NCBI GenBank assembly: GCA_963749495.1
Contig: CAVVMW010000008.1
Location: forward strand, 128,001-192,000
Direction: 5' to 3'
Source of the DNA: an uncultured bacterium
Lineage (GTDB): Bacteria > Verrucomicrobiota > Verrucomicrobiia > Limisphaerales > UBA8199
DNA length: 64,000 nt
Part shown: piece after piece, positions 43,590-53,953 of the stretch
How the letters are laid out: each line of letters begins with the position of its first letter
How positions within the stretch are numbered: the first letter of the stretch is position 1
Notes under the pieces: model-generated
The model's input: only the letters and a program-made list of their open reading frames with translations
Told to the model about the DNA's origin: nothing
The model's database searches: none
Made by a program: the position numbers and the translations under genes

Positions 43590-44010
43590 CTGGATACGGC
43601 TCGCCTGGCGAAACTCCTCTACCCCGACGCCGACATCAGGCATCAGCCGTTTGAGCAATCCAAGCTGGCTGACGGCTACTTCGATGTTGCCATCGGCAAC
43701 ATCCCCTTCGGCGACTACAAGCCGTTCGACCCCCGATTCAAGGGATGGAACTTCCTCATCCACGATTACTTCTTCGCAGCAGCCCTGGAAAAGGTGCGGT
43801 CAGGCGGGCTCATTATGTTCATTTCGTCCAAGGGGACGCTCGACAAGATCAACGGCGCCCTGCGGGAATATGTCTCGCAGCAGGCCGACCTGATCGGCGC
43901 CATTCGACTGCCGAATGATGCCTTCAAAAAGAACGCCAACACGGAAGTCACCACCAACATCGTCATCCTGCGCAAGCGGCTTCCGGGCGAACTGCCTTCC
44001 GGCCCGGCCT
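43590..44010 (+). pseudogene. Fragment of an N6-adenine methylase/SNF2 helicase (DarB-like)
   Basis: FDVAIGNIPFGD, IHDYFF, SKGTLDK, GAIRLPNDAFKKNANTEVTT; both ends missing. Confidence 0.8.
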
Positions 44011-44655
44011 GGATGTTCCCGCCTTCGGGTCGCGGCACTACCGCGTCGTGGCCGGGCAGTGTCCGCTCAAGGATGGCTGCAAGCGGGACGGCGAGACGCT
44101 CGAAAACCAACTCCTCCGCGTGACCATCGACCCCGCCAACGGGAACATCACCCACCTCGTCCATTTCAGGTGGAAATCAGCGATGTCGTGGATAAACTGC
44201 CGCTCCTGCCCAAGGACGGTGTCCACTTCGGATTCGGGTTCGACATTCCGCAGGCCACGACCCGTGTGGACATCCCCTGGGGCGTGATGGAGGTGGAAAA
44301 AGATCAGTGGGCTGCCGGCAACCGCAACTGGTTGGCCCTGCAGCGCTGGCTTGACATCTCCAATGGCAAGGACGGCCTCACCTGGTGCTCGCTCGACGCT
44401 CCGCTCTTTGAGCTGGTGGCGATTGCCAACGAGCGCGTCTCCGTTTCTATCCTGAAACCCAGCGCCGACGGCAAGGTGGTCATCCTGCGTCTGCGCTCGG
44501 TGTCGGACAGAGAGGACACCGCGAAACTAGCCTGGCCCGCCGGCCGTCCCAAGAGCGTTTGCCTCTGCAAACGAAATGAGGATGCCGGCGAACGAGTCGG
44601 AGATGAAATCGCGATTCCAGCCAATAGATTTGTGACCCTGAGATTGGGGTTTTGA
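44010..44655 (+). pseudogene. Spliced C-terminal fragments of a GH38 alpha-mannosidase
   Basis: LENQLLRVTID; KDGVHFGFGF, RNWLALQRWLDISN, DAPLFE; VILRLRS...FVTLRL with internal gaps. Confidence 0.7.
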
Positions 44656-44706
44656 AAATCCCCATTCTTGACCGCGTCCATCAGATGCAGTATCCCAACC
44701 CTCACT

Positions 44707-45456
44707 ATGAAAGCATCCCTCCGGTTTGGCGCTCCTGCAATGATTGTGCTGGTTTTCTCGCGGAGTCTCTCCGCGCAGCCGGCCGCGGACGGGTTCATTC
44801 CGATTTTTGACGGCAAGACGCTCAAGGGCTGGCACGCCAGCGCCCAGACCGGCCACAGCCGGGCCAGCCAGCACCAGTCCGGCGGCCGCTGGTTCGTCCA
44901 GGACGGCGCGATTGTGGGCAGCCAGGACATCCCCGGCAATGGCGGCATCCTGATTACCGACGAGCCCTTCGGCGACTACGAAATCGTGCTCGAGATGAAC
45001 AACGATTTCGGCCCTGACAGCGGCCTGTTCCTCCGCAGCACCGAGGACGGCACGGCCTACCAGGCGATGATTGACTATCATCCGAACGGCAACCTGATGG
45101 GCATCTACGGCGAAGGCCGGCTCGGCGGCAAGCCCGCCGTGCTCAACTTCACCTTCACCAACAAAGTCACGGTCATCATCCAGCGGACCAATTCGCCGGT
45201 GGCGCTGCCGGTGCTGGTCGAGTCGTGGCCCTTTTTCTGGCGCCACGGCCAGTGGAACGAGTTGCGCGCCCGCATCGTGAACAATCCGCCCACGATTACC
45301 ACTTGGGTCAACGGCGTGAAGTTCATGGAATGGACCGAGACCCAGAAGCGCCACCCGGACACCGGCGGCATCGCCTTGCAGGTCCACGGTGGAGGCGATT
45401 ACACTAAACAATTCGTCCGCTACCGGAACATCCGGCTCAAGAAACTGGACAAGTGA
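44707..45456 (+). CDS. DUF1080 (3-keto-disaccharide hydrolase) protein
   Basis: FIPIFDGKTLKGW, DSGLFLR, GQWNELR, GGIALQVHGG, RYRNIRLK. Confidence 0.88.
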   Translation: MKASLRFGAPAMIVLVFSRSLSAQPAADGFIPIFDGKTLKGWHASAQTGHSRASQHQSGGRWFVQDGAIVGSQDIPGNGGILITDEPFGDYEIVLEMNNDFGPDSGLFLRSTEDGTAYQAMIDYHPNGNLMGIYGEGRLGGKPAVLNFTFTNKVTVIIQRTNSPVALPVLVESWPFFWRHGQWNELRARIVNNPPTITTWVNGVKFMEWTETQKRHPDTGGIALQVHGGGDYTKQFVRYRNIRLKKLDK

Positions 45457-45541
45457 TCCGGAGGACAAGCTCCAGCACGTTTGACAAGCGGTAGGGTGGA
45501 GGCTTCTTGGCGCCAGGTTACAATGGACCCTTAGATCGGCC

Positions 45542-46195
45542 ATGATCACTAAACATCGAATCCTTCTCGCAGTCACGGTCCTGTGTGTTTTGACACCAAT
45601 GGAGATTACGTCCGGCGCCAACGGCCCTGCACTCACGGTGCTCTGGCAAATCGGCAAAGCGGACACCAATACAGTCGGGTTCGCCCTTGCGCCCGATAAT
45701 TACAGCGCCTACGAACGAGAACGCCGTCTTTGTGGTGGGGCTTCGGAGCCGCCCGCGAGTGGCCTTACGTTCATCCGGGGCCAGAGGACGCCTGGGCCGG
45801 TTCGATGCCCCACACCTTCCAGGTGGCCTTTGCCCTCAAGGCCGCCCCACCAGCAGGCGAAGCGCACGTCATGATTGGCTTCGTGGACACCCATTTCCAG
45901 AAGCCCCCGCGCCTGCGCCTGCAAATCAACGGCCGGAGCTTCGAGCAATTGCTGCCCCCAGGCCGGGGCAACGATTCCATTGAAGGGCGGCTGGCCAACC
46001 CAAAGCCATTTCTCTGGGACGTGACCTTCCCCGCCGCCTTGCTCAGGACCGGGGACAACGAACTGAGCATCACGAGCCTCTCGGGAAGCTGGGCGCTTTA
46101 CGACTACCTCGAGCTGGCAACTCCACCCGGCGTCGAATTGGGAACGGTGTCGCCGAGCCTGGCCAAGCGCCTTGCTGCCGACACAGCCGTGCCCA
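45542..46195 (+). pseudogene. Frameshifted N-terminal fragment of a secreted glycosidase (polysaccharide lyase 4 domain III-like)
   Basis: [49 protein letters not shown] spread over three frames; collides with an opposite-strand gene. Confidence 0.6.
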
Positions 46196-47138
46196 GCAGG
46201 TTGGTCGAGCCCCCGAAGGCGGCGTGAACGGCCATGGCATTCCGAATGCTGGCCGGGCTGAGGATCTCGCGCACGGCGATGCCGCGTGAGGCAAGGTGAT
46301 GGAGCGCGCGCGCGGAGTGCCGGGCCAGGTCGAGCCACACCGGCTGCGCGGAAGGGGCCAGGGCCGAATGCGGCAGGCAAAGGCCCAGGGCCTCGCCGAC
46401 CACCTGGGTGGTGGCGGCCGTGCCCAGGAACTGGCAGCCGCCCCCGGGTGTCGCGCAGGCGCGGCAGCCCACCTCCGCCGCCGCCTCCAGCGTGATCAGC
46501 CCGTGCGCAAAGCGCGTCCCCAGCGTCTGCACCGTCCCGGCATCCTCGCCCTGGGATGGCGGCAGCGTGACCCCGCCCGGAACCACCAGCCCGGGCAGGT
46601 CCCGCAACCCGGCAATTGCCATGAGCATCGCCGGCAGGCCCTTATCGCACGTCGCCACACCGAGCACCCCGGCCCGCAACGGCAGCGACCGGGCCAGGCG
46701 CCGGAACACAATCGCCGCGTCGTTGCGGTAAGGCAGGCTGTCGAACATCCCCGCCGTGCCCTGTGTGCGCCCGTCGCACGGGTCCGAGCAAAACCCAGCA
46801 AAGGGGATGGCCCCGAGCCGGCGAAACTCCTCCGCAGCCGCCTGGACCAGCAGGCCGATCTCCCAGTGGCCCGTGTGGTAACCCAGGGCAATGGGTTTGC
46901 CGTCCGGCGCGCGCAACCCGCCCTGCGTGCTCAGCACCAGGAATTGCTCCCCCCCCGCCTCGCTCGCAGCCCAGCCCATCCCCGCATTCTGCACCAGGCC
47001 GAAAATGTCCCCGCTCGGGCTGTGCCGGAGCATCTCTTCTGTGAGCGGGAGCTTGCCCTCAGGCCCAGGCGCGTGGGTCTGGATTTCGTATATGTCCGGC
47101 GCCGGAGAATCGAGCGCCTCATCACCGAAACTGCTCAT
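46195..47138 (-). pseudogene. YjhG/YagF-family D-xylonate dehydratase, C-terminally truncated
   Basis: [44 protein letters not shown] then abrupt end at about half the normal length. Confidence 0.85.
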
Positions 47139-47309
47139 GGCGCACGATCCGACTGGCAATCACCCGAAGTCAAGCCCAAGCGATCTAGACCTTCCCGCCT
47201 TGCGGCGCTGGTCCGAGACATGGTCCTGGTTCCACTCCCGCATTGCGCTTTTGTCTCACTTGCCCAATAACTGCCCGCCTTTGGCCAAGGTTTGTTCTGT
47301 GGTTCGGCC

Positions 47310-47339
47310 TTGACTGGAAGCGGCGGATGCGCGCATATT
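47310..47339 (+). promoter_or_regulatory. Putative sigma70 promoter of the TA operon with overlapping palindrome
   Basis: TTGACT-18 bp-CATATT; ATGCGCGCAT palindrome at 47327-47336; ATG 6 nt downstream. Confidence 0.45.
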
Positions 47340-47345
47340 GCATGC

Positions 47346-47573
47346 ATGAGCAGGAATGTGAACTTGGACGACGAGGCGATAGCGGCCCTGGAGGCGCATC
47401 GCCGGGGCAACGAGTCTTTCAGCCGGGTCGTAAAGCGCCTGGCCCCGCCTCCGATTAAGACGTTCGGCAACCTGGAGAAGTTCCTGGACCAACTCGATGG
47501 TCCGCTGTTTTCAGAACTGGAAACGCTGAAGCGGCTGCGAAAGCGCCGGGCTGAGGGCCAAAATGCTCACTGA
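47346..47573 (+). CDS. Putative VapB-type antitoxin
   Basis: NVNLDDEAIAAL...NESFSRVVKRL; overlaps the PIN toxin. Confidence 0.75.
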   Translation: MSRNVNLDDEAIAALEAHRRGNESFSRVVKRLAPPPIKTFGNLEKFLDQLDGPLFSELETLKRLRKRRAEGQNAH

Positions 47574-47940
47574 CACGACCTTTTGGGTCGATCTGGCCCA
47601 AGAGCGGGTTGACCGCGAAGGGGGTCCGGCGCATCAATTCCTCGCACGCCACAGGACTCAGAGCCTGGAGGTGTCGATCATCACCTGGGGTGAACTTGCG
47701 GCAGGCGTCAACGCACCAGAGGAGTTGGATCGATTGCTGCGGCGCGTGCGCGTTCTGATGCTGCACCGCCAGGTGGCGTGGGAAGCGGGCCGGATCGAAA
47801 GGGAGTTGGCCCAAGCGGGTTCGCGCCTGGGCGAAAACGATAATTGGATCGCTGCGACCGCCCGCGCTTGGGGACTCCGGTTGGTGAGCCGCGACGCAGC
47901 CTTCACCCGGCTCCATGGTCTCAGTGTCGTCCCTTACTAA
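47563..47940 (+). CDS. vapC: VapC PIN-domain toxin
   Basis: LTDTTFWVD, SIITWGEL, ENDNWIAATA, LVSRDAAF. Confidence 0.88.
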   Translation: MLTDTTFWVDLAQERVDREGGPAHQFLARHRTQSLEVSIITWGELAAGVNAPEELDRLLRRVRVLMLHRQVAWEAGRIERELAQAGSRLGENDNWIAATARAWGLRLVSRDAAFTRLHGLSVVPY

Positions 47941-48105
47941 CATGCGACGCCGGGACGGCAAATGTCCGGAGCCGGCACCCAAGCCACTTTGCGGCCAATC
48001 CAGCCGTGCCGCGGGTCACAAGGCGGTTCTGGTTGAGAATACCGATCGGCTGCCTGCTTCGACAATGTTGGATTTCCTCGGAGCCAGGGGGAATGCCGTA
48101 GGGGG

Positions 48106-48297
48106 TGTCCCGGAGGGACAATTGAGAATAGCCCGGCGTTTCAACGCCGGGGGACCGAGAAAGAGAGAATTTTCGTCCCGAAGGGACGACTGAAAAGAGC
48201 CCTGGTTTTCAGCCGTCCCTTCGGGACGGACTGGCGCTATTGGGGCGCACACCCGGCGTTGAAACGCCGGGCTATTCTCGCATGTCCCTTCGGGACA
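48106..48297. repeat. REP-like long palindromic element
   Basis: Outer arms tgtcccggagggaca..gagaatagcccggcgtttcaacgccggg / cccggcgttgaaacgccgggctattctc..tgtcccttcgggaca; inner arms cgtcccgaagggacg / cgtcccttcgggacg. Confidence 0.85.
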
Positions 48298-48370
48298 GGG
48301 GCCAAGCCCGCTCCGGCGATCTGCCGAGTTCACCCATTTCGGGTTTCTAAGGAAATCTAACATTGTCGAA

Positions 48371-48601
48371 CTACAAAGGTCGGACGGGCGGCAGTTGCCC
48401 CTGATCAGGCCGCGAAAATCCCGGGTCGGTGATGTGAATTGAATCGAAAAAACCCTCGGGCCAGGCCTTCGGTTTCAAAGGCTCTAACACAATCGCCTCG
48501 CCGTCGTGGCGAACACCAACCGTGGTCGTGGGGATGTGAAAGCCTTTGGGCAGGCGTACGACCTGACATTCGCCTTCGTGGGTGACGGTTGCTGTTTCCA
48601 T
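48371..48601 (-). CDS. AbrB/VapB-type antitoxin, orphan
   Basis: TATVTHEGECQVVRLPKGF...DGEAIVLEP...WPEGFF...RPDQG; no PIN gene follows. Confidence 0.8.
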   Translation of the reverse strand: METATVTHEGECQVVRLPKGFHIPTTTVGVRHDGEAIVLEPLKPKAWPEGFFDSIHITDPGFSRPDQGQLPPVRPL

Positions 48602-49315
48602 AGCCGTGTACGTTCAATGTTTCTCTTACAGCACTAATCTACCACGTTTCACGCCTCCGCGTAAATCCCGTTTCCATGTCCCCTGAATGGAGCGGCTTGA
48701 AACCAGCGGCAGGCTGGAAACGGCCTGCCCTCCTTTTTCACCCTATGAAGACTCGCACCAAGCAACCCGGCCCCGCACCTTGCATTTTCGCGACGGGCGC
48801 AACCAGCAGTGGCCCGCCCAGCTCGCATACGCGATCTGGCTTGCCGTACCCGCCGCGGCGCTCCGGACCGCAGGGGACCGCCGGCCTGTCCAGCCGTTGC
48901 GTTTCCAAGCCGCCCCAAAATAGCCAGCGACCAAAGGGGCTTTGCCCGTCTGGCCTCCCCGCCGTCGTCGTCGCTACGCTCGGCTTTCACCCTTCGCGCC
49001 CTTTCCGGCGGGCGGAAAGGAGAGTCAATGTGAAACCGGCATGGTGGTTGGCAGCTACGCACCTGCTGAGCGGCCTCCCAGCCCCGGGCTGGGCCGCCCG
49101 AAGGCCAGTTGCGCTCCGCCTCGAGGTGAAAAGTTATAGTTTGACCCCTCACAACTCGACGCGCGCATAGAGCCGCAACGCGAGTTTTCCGCCGGCGCCG
49201 GGCCGGTGCAGTGGCAGGATACGCTTCCCGGTCGAAGCCTGACCATCTACAGCACTTACAAGCTGGAACACGAGATGCCGGGTGTGATTGCCGAGTAAGA
49301 ATGATCAACGCGTGC

Positions 49316-49568
49316 ATGCAAACACCCCTCTTTCTCACAATCAGCGTCTGCGCTTTGGCCTTTGCCGCCAGGGGTGGAGAATCCCCCGCCAACGTTCCCG
49401 TACCCACGCCGGCCCTTCCGGTCCGAGTCAATTATGCGCGGCCCTTCGAGCCGGCAACACGTCCGGCGTTCCTGCCGCTGCCTCCTGGGGCAGTCGAACC
49501 CGCCGGCTGGTTGCGCGACTGGTGCCTGGCTGCGCGGGACGGCTTCACCGGCCACATGGATGAGTATG
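49316..49568 (+). pseudogene. N-terminal fragment of a secreted GH127-like glycosidase
   Basis: Signal peptide; FLPLPPGAVEPAGWLRDW...GFTGHMDE then abrupt end. Confidence 0.65.
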
Positions 49569-50090
49569 ATGGTACTTCTTGTCGGTCACGTCCAGGCAGG
49601 CTCCATTGAGAATCCTGCGTGTGTAATCGTCACTGCAACACGCCAGCGCCTCTTTGAGCGCCTGGCCAAAGTCCGGCTCCAGTTGTACACCGGGTTGCCT
49701 GACGCGAGGAGTGGGAGGATAATCGTCGGCAGGAATGGTCGTGATGGTTTGCTCGACTAGGTTGCCGGCGATGTTCTACCGCAGCTTCACCTTCTCTTTG
49801 GACTCCGGGACGATGCCGATGTCCTCTTTGGGCGAGGAGCACTTCATGGCCTTGGTGAGCTGATCCACAGGGGCCAGCACCTCCTCAGCCGGGCCCTGTT
49901 GCGTTCCCTTGGCGGTGTAGGTGACGAAAGAATCCAGGTCGGTGGCGTGGAGTGTGACGACACCTTCCTTGTTGCGGTTGATGCGAACGGTTTGGAGCAC
50001 GGGCAATGTTCTGGACTTGCCGATGATCTTGGTGAGGCCCGGCAGAGCTTCTTTCAGCTCCGACGCGGCCAATGTGATTTCAGACTTCAT
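49567..50090 (-). pseudogene. Mobile-element DNA polymerase III beta-clamp-like gene, in-frame TAG and truncated
   Basis: ELKEAL..LTKIIGKSRTLPVL, LHATDLD; frame continues past TAG 49776-49778 as NIAGNL...PADDYPP...CSDDYTRRILNGACLD. Confidence 0.75.
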
Positions 50091-50277
50091 GTATGCTTGT
50101 CCTTTCTGTTGGGGTTGAGGTTTGAAAATGAAAGGCCAGCCACACCTCCGAGGCATGGCTGGCTGATGTGCAAAGCGTGATCGTATGACCCATATGGCAA
50201 AACTGAATTCGGCCGACCCGCTCTTGGCAAGACCCACTTTTCGTGCATTGTAATGCCTCAGTGAGGGCGGGAGTTTC

Positions 50278-50346
50278 AACCACGGATAGACACGGATGAA
50301 CACAGATAAGGCCCAAATCCGTGTTTATCCGTGTCCATCCGTGGTT
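50278..50346. repeat. Palindrome built of 10-bp units (CACGGATRRA)
   Basis: aaccacggatagacacggatgaacacagat / atccgtgtttatccgtgtccatccgtggtt. Confidence 0.8.
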
Positions 50347-50711
50347 AAAAACTCCAAGCCCCGCCATCACTGACCCATTACCGTGCATCTTCGCTCATCG
50401 TCAAAAACAGGGGGTTCTTCAGCGGAATCCATGCTATGGCTGCCCCCTTTTTCTTTTTGGAGGACATCCCTCATCTGGCCGGCTCAACCAAGAACGTGCC
50501 GCGCATGGCGCTTTCAGCGCTCCAGTTCACCCCGGAAAGCCCCGCATACTCCGAACAGTCCGCGCTGTCCTTGGACAGGAGGGCTCCAAGCGGCGCAAAG
50601 TGCCACCCATGAGAAACTCTCGTAATGGCGCCTCTCGCCGATTCGGCCATGGAATGCGCCCCTGGCCCGCAATCAAGAGCGCCTCTGCCCACACCCCCGC
50701 CGCGCCGCCCA

Positions 50712-51062
50712 ATGAGCCGCAACGGTAAAATCGCCCATCTCCCCCGCGCCATTCGCGACCAGCTCAACCAGCGGCTCGACGATGGCCAGGAAGCCATTCA
50801 GGCCCTCCAACTGGCCCGCCGCCGCGCCGACCGCATCGAAGCGGAAGCCGGCCGCCGCGCCCGCGTCGTTGACGTTGCCCGCCAGGACACCCTCGCCCGG
50901 CTTCATGCCTCTGGCGACCCCTCCCTCCGAGCCCTGGCCGCCGAATTCTCAAAATGCCTGGGCGCCGAGGACGGCGCGCTACAGACCACGAGCAGCCCGC
51001 TGGGGCCATCGGCCCCGCACTGCCCACCAGGTCCCCCATTAAAGCCAATAAAAGCCAGATAA
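50712..51062 (+). pseudogene. DUF3486-like hypothetical protein, probably internally deleted
   Basis: MSRNGKIAHLPRAIRDQLNQRLDDG N-terminus; short. Confidence 0.45.
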
Positions 51063-51138
51063 ACCTTGTCTCACCTCATTTCATTCTCATCGACCGCCGG
51101 GCGGGTTCATGATAAAACGCCCGGGCGGTGCCGCACTT

Positions 51139-52440
51139 ATGACAGAACAACGCTGGCTGCGAATCATTCCGGTCGCGCTGATCATGTACACGATCTGGTA
51201 CGTGGATCGCACCAACGTCTCCCTGGCGCTGGACCCCTCGATGTCGAGCATGATGAAGGACCTGCTCATGAACGACGAGATGAAGGGGCAGGCGGCGGGC
51301 ATTTTCTTTCTCGGTTACGTGCTCTTGCAGATACCGGGCGGGCACTGGGCCGCCCGCTGGAGCGCGCGCAAGGTGGTCAGCCTGTTCCTGATCTGCTGGG
51401 GCCTGTGCGCGGTGGGCTGCGGGATGTCCCGCACGTTCCGGCAGTTCGAGGTCATGCGTTTCCTGCTCGGGGTGGCGGAGAGCGGGGTGTTTCCGGCCAC
51501 GCTGGTCCTGCTGGCCAACTGGTTTCCGCGCCAGGAGCGCGCCCGGGCCAACGCCTATTGGAACCTCTGCCAGCCGCTGGCCGTGGCCGGGTCCGCGCCG
51601 CTGACCAGTTGGCTGCTCAAAGACCTGGGCTGGCACAACATGCTCATCCTCGAGGGGGCGCTGCCCTTTGTCTGGCTGCCCTTGTGGTGGTTCTGCATCC
51701 GCGACCATCCGCGCGAGGCCGAGTGGCTGCCCTGCGAGGAACGCGACTACCTGGAACGTACCTTGCAGCAAGAGAGGGCCGGATTGGAGCCGCTCAAACC
51801 GGTCCCCTTCCTGGCGCGCTTTCGCGAGCCTTCGATCTTCATCATGGTCATCATCTATTTTCTGCACAACTGCGCGGCCTACGGGTGCATGACCTTCTTT
51901 ACCGATGTGTTGAAGGGCCAGGGCTTTACCAAGCTGCAACGCGGCGTCCTGTTCGCTATCCCCTATGCCGTGACCGCCCTCATCATGGTCCTCAACTCCT
52001 GGCACTCGGACAAGACGCGCGAACGCCGCGCACACGTCGCCGCGGTCTATACCCTGAGCGGGACCTGCCTCATCCTGAGCGTGCTTTGCCGGCAGCACTT
52101 CTGGCTCTCCTATGCGTTGATGTGCCTGGCCATCCCGGGGCCCTTCGCGGCCATGGCGCCGTTTTGGGCAATCCCCAGCGAGACCCTGCCCCGCCCCGTG
52201 ATGGCCCTGGTCATCGGCATGGTCAACGCCTTCGGCAACCTCGGCGGCTATGCCGGCAACGGCATCGTGGGCTGGCTCACCCACAGGTATCACAGCACCG
52301 CCGTCCCGTTCACGGTGCTGGGCGCCGGGATGGTGGTGGCGGCCGGCCTGGCATTCCTCTTGCCCAAGGCCGCCCGGCAGGCGCAGCCCGACGGGGCTCC
52401 GGCGGCCACCTCGGAGGCAAGACAGACCCGATACTCATGA
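51139..52440 (+). CDS. MFS transporter, anion:cation symporter (sugar-acid) type
   Basis: YVDRTNV, FFLGYVLLQIPG, RFLLGVAESG, WFPRQERARA, GNLGG. Confidence 0.92.
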   Translation: MTEQRWLRIIPVALIMYTIWYVDRTNVSLALDPSMSSMMKDLLMNDEMKGQAAGIFFLGYVLLQIPGGHWAARWSARKVVSLFLICWGLCAVGCGMSRTFRQFEVMRFLLGVAESGVFPATLVLLANWFPRQERARANAYWNLCQPLAVAGSAPLTSWLLKDLGWHNMLILEGALPFVWLPLWWFCIRDHPREAEWLPCEERDYLERTLQQERAGLEPLKPVPFLARFREPSIFIMVIIYFLHNCAAYGCMTFFTDVLKGQGFTKLQRGVLFAIPYAVTALIMVLNSWHSDKTRERRAHVAAVYTLSGTCLILSVLCRQHFWLSYALMCLAIPGPFAAMAPFWAIPSETLPRPVMALVIGMVNAFGNLGGYAGNGIVGWLTHRYHSTAVPFTVLGAGMVVAAGLAFLLPKAARQAQPDGAPAATSEARQTRYS

Positions 52441-53306
52441 ACCTCTGCCGCTTCACCCTCGTCCCTCCTGCCCCGCCCCTCGTCCCTCGCATCGGCCTGG
52501 TGCTGGACGACTCGACGTTGGTGGACCTCACGCCGGCGGGCATCCACTCGATGCAACCCCTGCTGGAGAGTGAAGACCCCGTCGCGCAACTGGGCCAAAT
52601 GGCGTCGACGGGACTGCCGCGGCTCGAATTGGGCGCAGTGCGCCTCTGCGCCCCGGTCGAGCGCCAGGAGGTCTGGGCGGCGGGTGTCACTTACCTGCGC
52701 AGCAAGGCGGCGCGCATGGAGGAGTCGGACTTTGGCGCCACGGCCTATGACCGGGTCTATGCCGCCGAGCGGCCGGAGCTCTTTTTCAAGTCGCTGCCCG
52801 AAAAGGTGGCGGCGGCGGGCGAACCCGTCGGCATTCGCGGCAACGCCCGGTGGAATGTCCCGGAGCCGGAACTGGCGCTGGTCCTCAACTCGCGCGGCCG
52901 CATCGTCGGCTGCACGATCGGCAACGACATGAGCGCGCGCGATATCGAGGGCGAGAACCTCTTGTATCTGCCGCAGGCCAAGATTTATGAGCACTCCTGC
53001 GCGCTGGGTCCCTGGATTCGGCTGGGCGCCTCCGAAGCCGAGGCGCGCCAATGGACCATCGGCCTGACCATCCACCGCCAGGGCAGAACCGTCTTCGCCG
53101 CCCGGACCTCGGCCGGCCAAATCAAGCGCCGCTTCGACAAGTTGGCCCGGTTCCTCTTCCGCTGCCAATCCTTCCCCGGGGGCGCCGTCCTGCTCACCGG
53201 CACCGGCATCGTCCCGCCCGATGCCTTCACCCTCCAGCCCCAGGACATCGTCGAAATCGAAATCTCCGGCATCGGCCGCCTGCGCAACCCGGTGGTGGTG
53301 GTGTGA
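52437..53306 (+). CDS. Fumarylacetoacetate hydrolase family, 2-keto-3-deoxy-pentonate dehydratase (XylX-like)
   Basis: EVWAAGVTYLRS, RPELFFK, PEPEL, GNDMSARDIEGENLLYLPQAK, LLTGTG; ATGA coupling to the MFS gene. Confidence 0.88.
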   Translation: MNLCRFTLVPPAPPLVPRIGLVLDDSTLVDLTPAGIHSMQPLLESEDPVAQLGQMASTGLPRLELGAVRLCAPVERQEVWAAGVTYLRSKAARMEESDFGATAYDRVYAAERPELFFKSLPEKVAAAGEPVGIRGNARWNVPEPELALVLNSRGRIVGCTIGNDMSARDIEGENLLYLPQAKIYEHSCALGPWIRLGASEAEARQWTIGLTIHRQGRTVFAARTSAGQIKRRFDKLARFLFRCQSFPGGAVLLTGTGIVPPDAFTLQPQDIVEIEISGIGRLRNPVVVV

Positions 53307-53421
53307 GGCCAGACCAAGTTTGTAGCTGAAACGACTCGTCTTGGTGCTAGATTCCTATTGACAACTGTGTCGGGAAATGAGAAATCGCGCCGCGAGAATC
53401 GCAAGTCCGAAAGCAAGACGT

Positions 53422-53751
53422 ATGGCCGCCGCAATCGTCAGCATCCGAGGCAAACTCACCTGGACCTGGAGTCGGACAAGCCGGGGAAGCTACGTCGCTG
53501 TGTGTGAGCCCATCCGGCAGACCGTGCAGGCGGAGGAATTCGGCGAACTGGTGGAGAGCATTAATGAGGCCTTGGGCAGCACATTCAAAGAACTTCTCTC
53601 GACCGGAGATCTTGAGAGGTTCCTTGAAGAACAGGGTTGGTCCTGCGTTTCCCTTCCGCCTCCAAAAGTGAGGAAGCAGATCCGTTTTGACATGCCTTTC
53701 GATTTGAAAGGAGTTCGGAGACGTGATTTCGAAAAGGCGCTTTGTCAATAA
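53422..53751 (+). CDS. HicB-like antitoxin
   Basis: GSYVAVCEPIRQTVQAEEFGELVESINEAL (RNase H-like HicB N-domain pattern). Confidence 0.55.
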   Translation: MAAAIVSIRGKLTWTWSRTSRGSYVAVCEPIRQTVQAEEFGELVESINEALGSTFKELLSTGDLERFLEEQGWSCVSLPPPKVRKQIRFDMPFDLKGVRRRDFEKALCQ

Positions 53752-53944
53752 ACTCCGAGAGTTGAACTACGATTTCAAGGAGCAGTTCCATTACCAGGAG
53801 CGCTACAGGCTCCGAGGGGGCACGCACATTATCCACGTGCCGCGGAAGGATCTCCTCGACGAGGAGTACGTGCGCATCACGCTCAGGCAGGCTGGGCAGT
53901 CGAGGAAACAAATCGAGCAGTTTATCGTCGAGGCCAAACCTTAA
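53723..53944 (+). CDS. HicA-like small toxin
   Basis: 73 aa basic; FVNKLRELNY...IIHVPRKD...VRITLRQAG; GTG start with AAAGGAG upstream. Confidence 0.55.
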   Translation: MISKRRFVNKLRELNYDFKEQFHYQERYRLRGGTHIIHVPRKDLLDEEYVRITLRQAGQSRKQIEQFIVEAKP

Positions 53945-53953
53945 GGCTTAACC

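Noticed and set aside
49776..49778. In-frame TAG in the beta-clamp gene as pyrrolysine or readthrough
   Set aside because: The gene is also truncated 200 nt later; TAG is one change from a Tyr codon; a simple nonsense mutation is more likely
51066..53306. 746-aa ORF
   Set aside because: The first 457 codons shadow the MFS gene in another frame; the real gene starts at 52437
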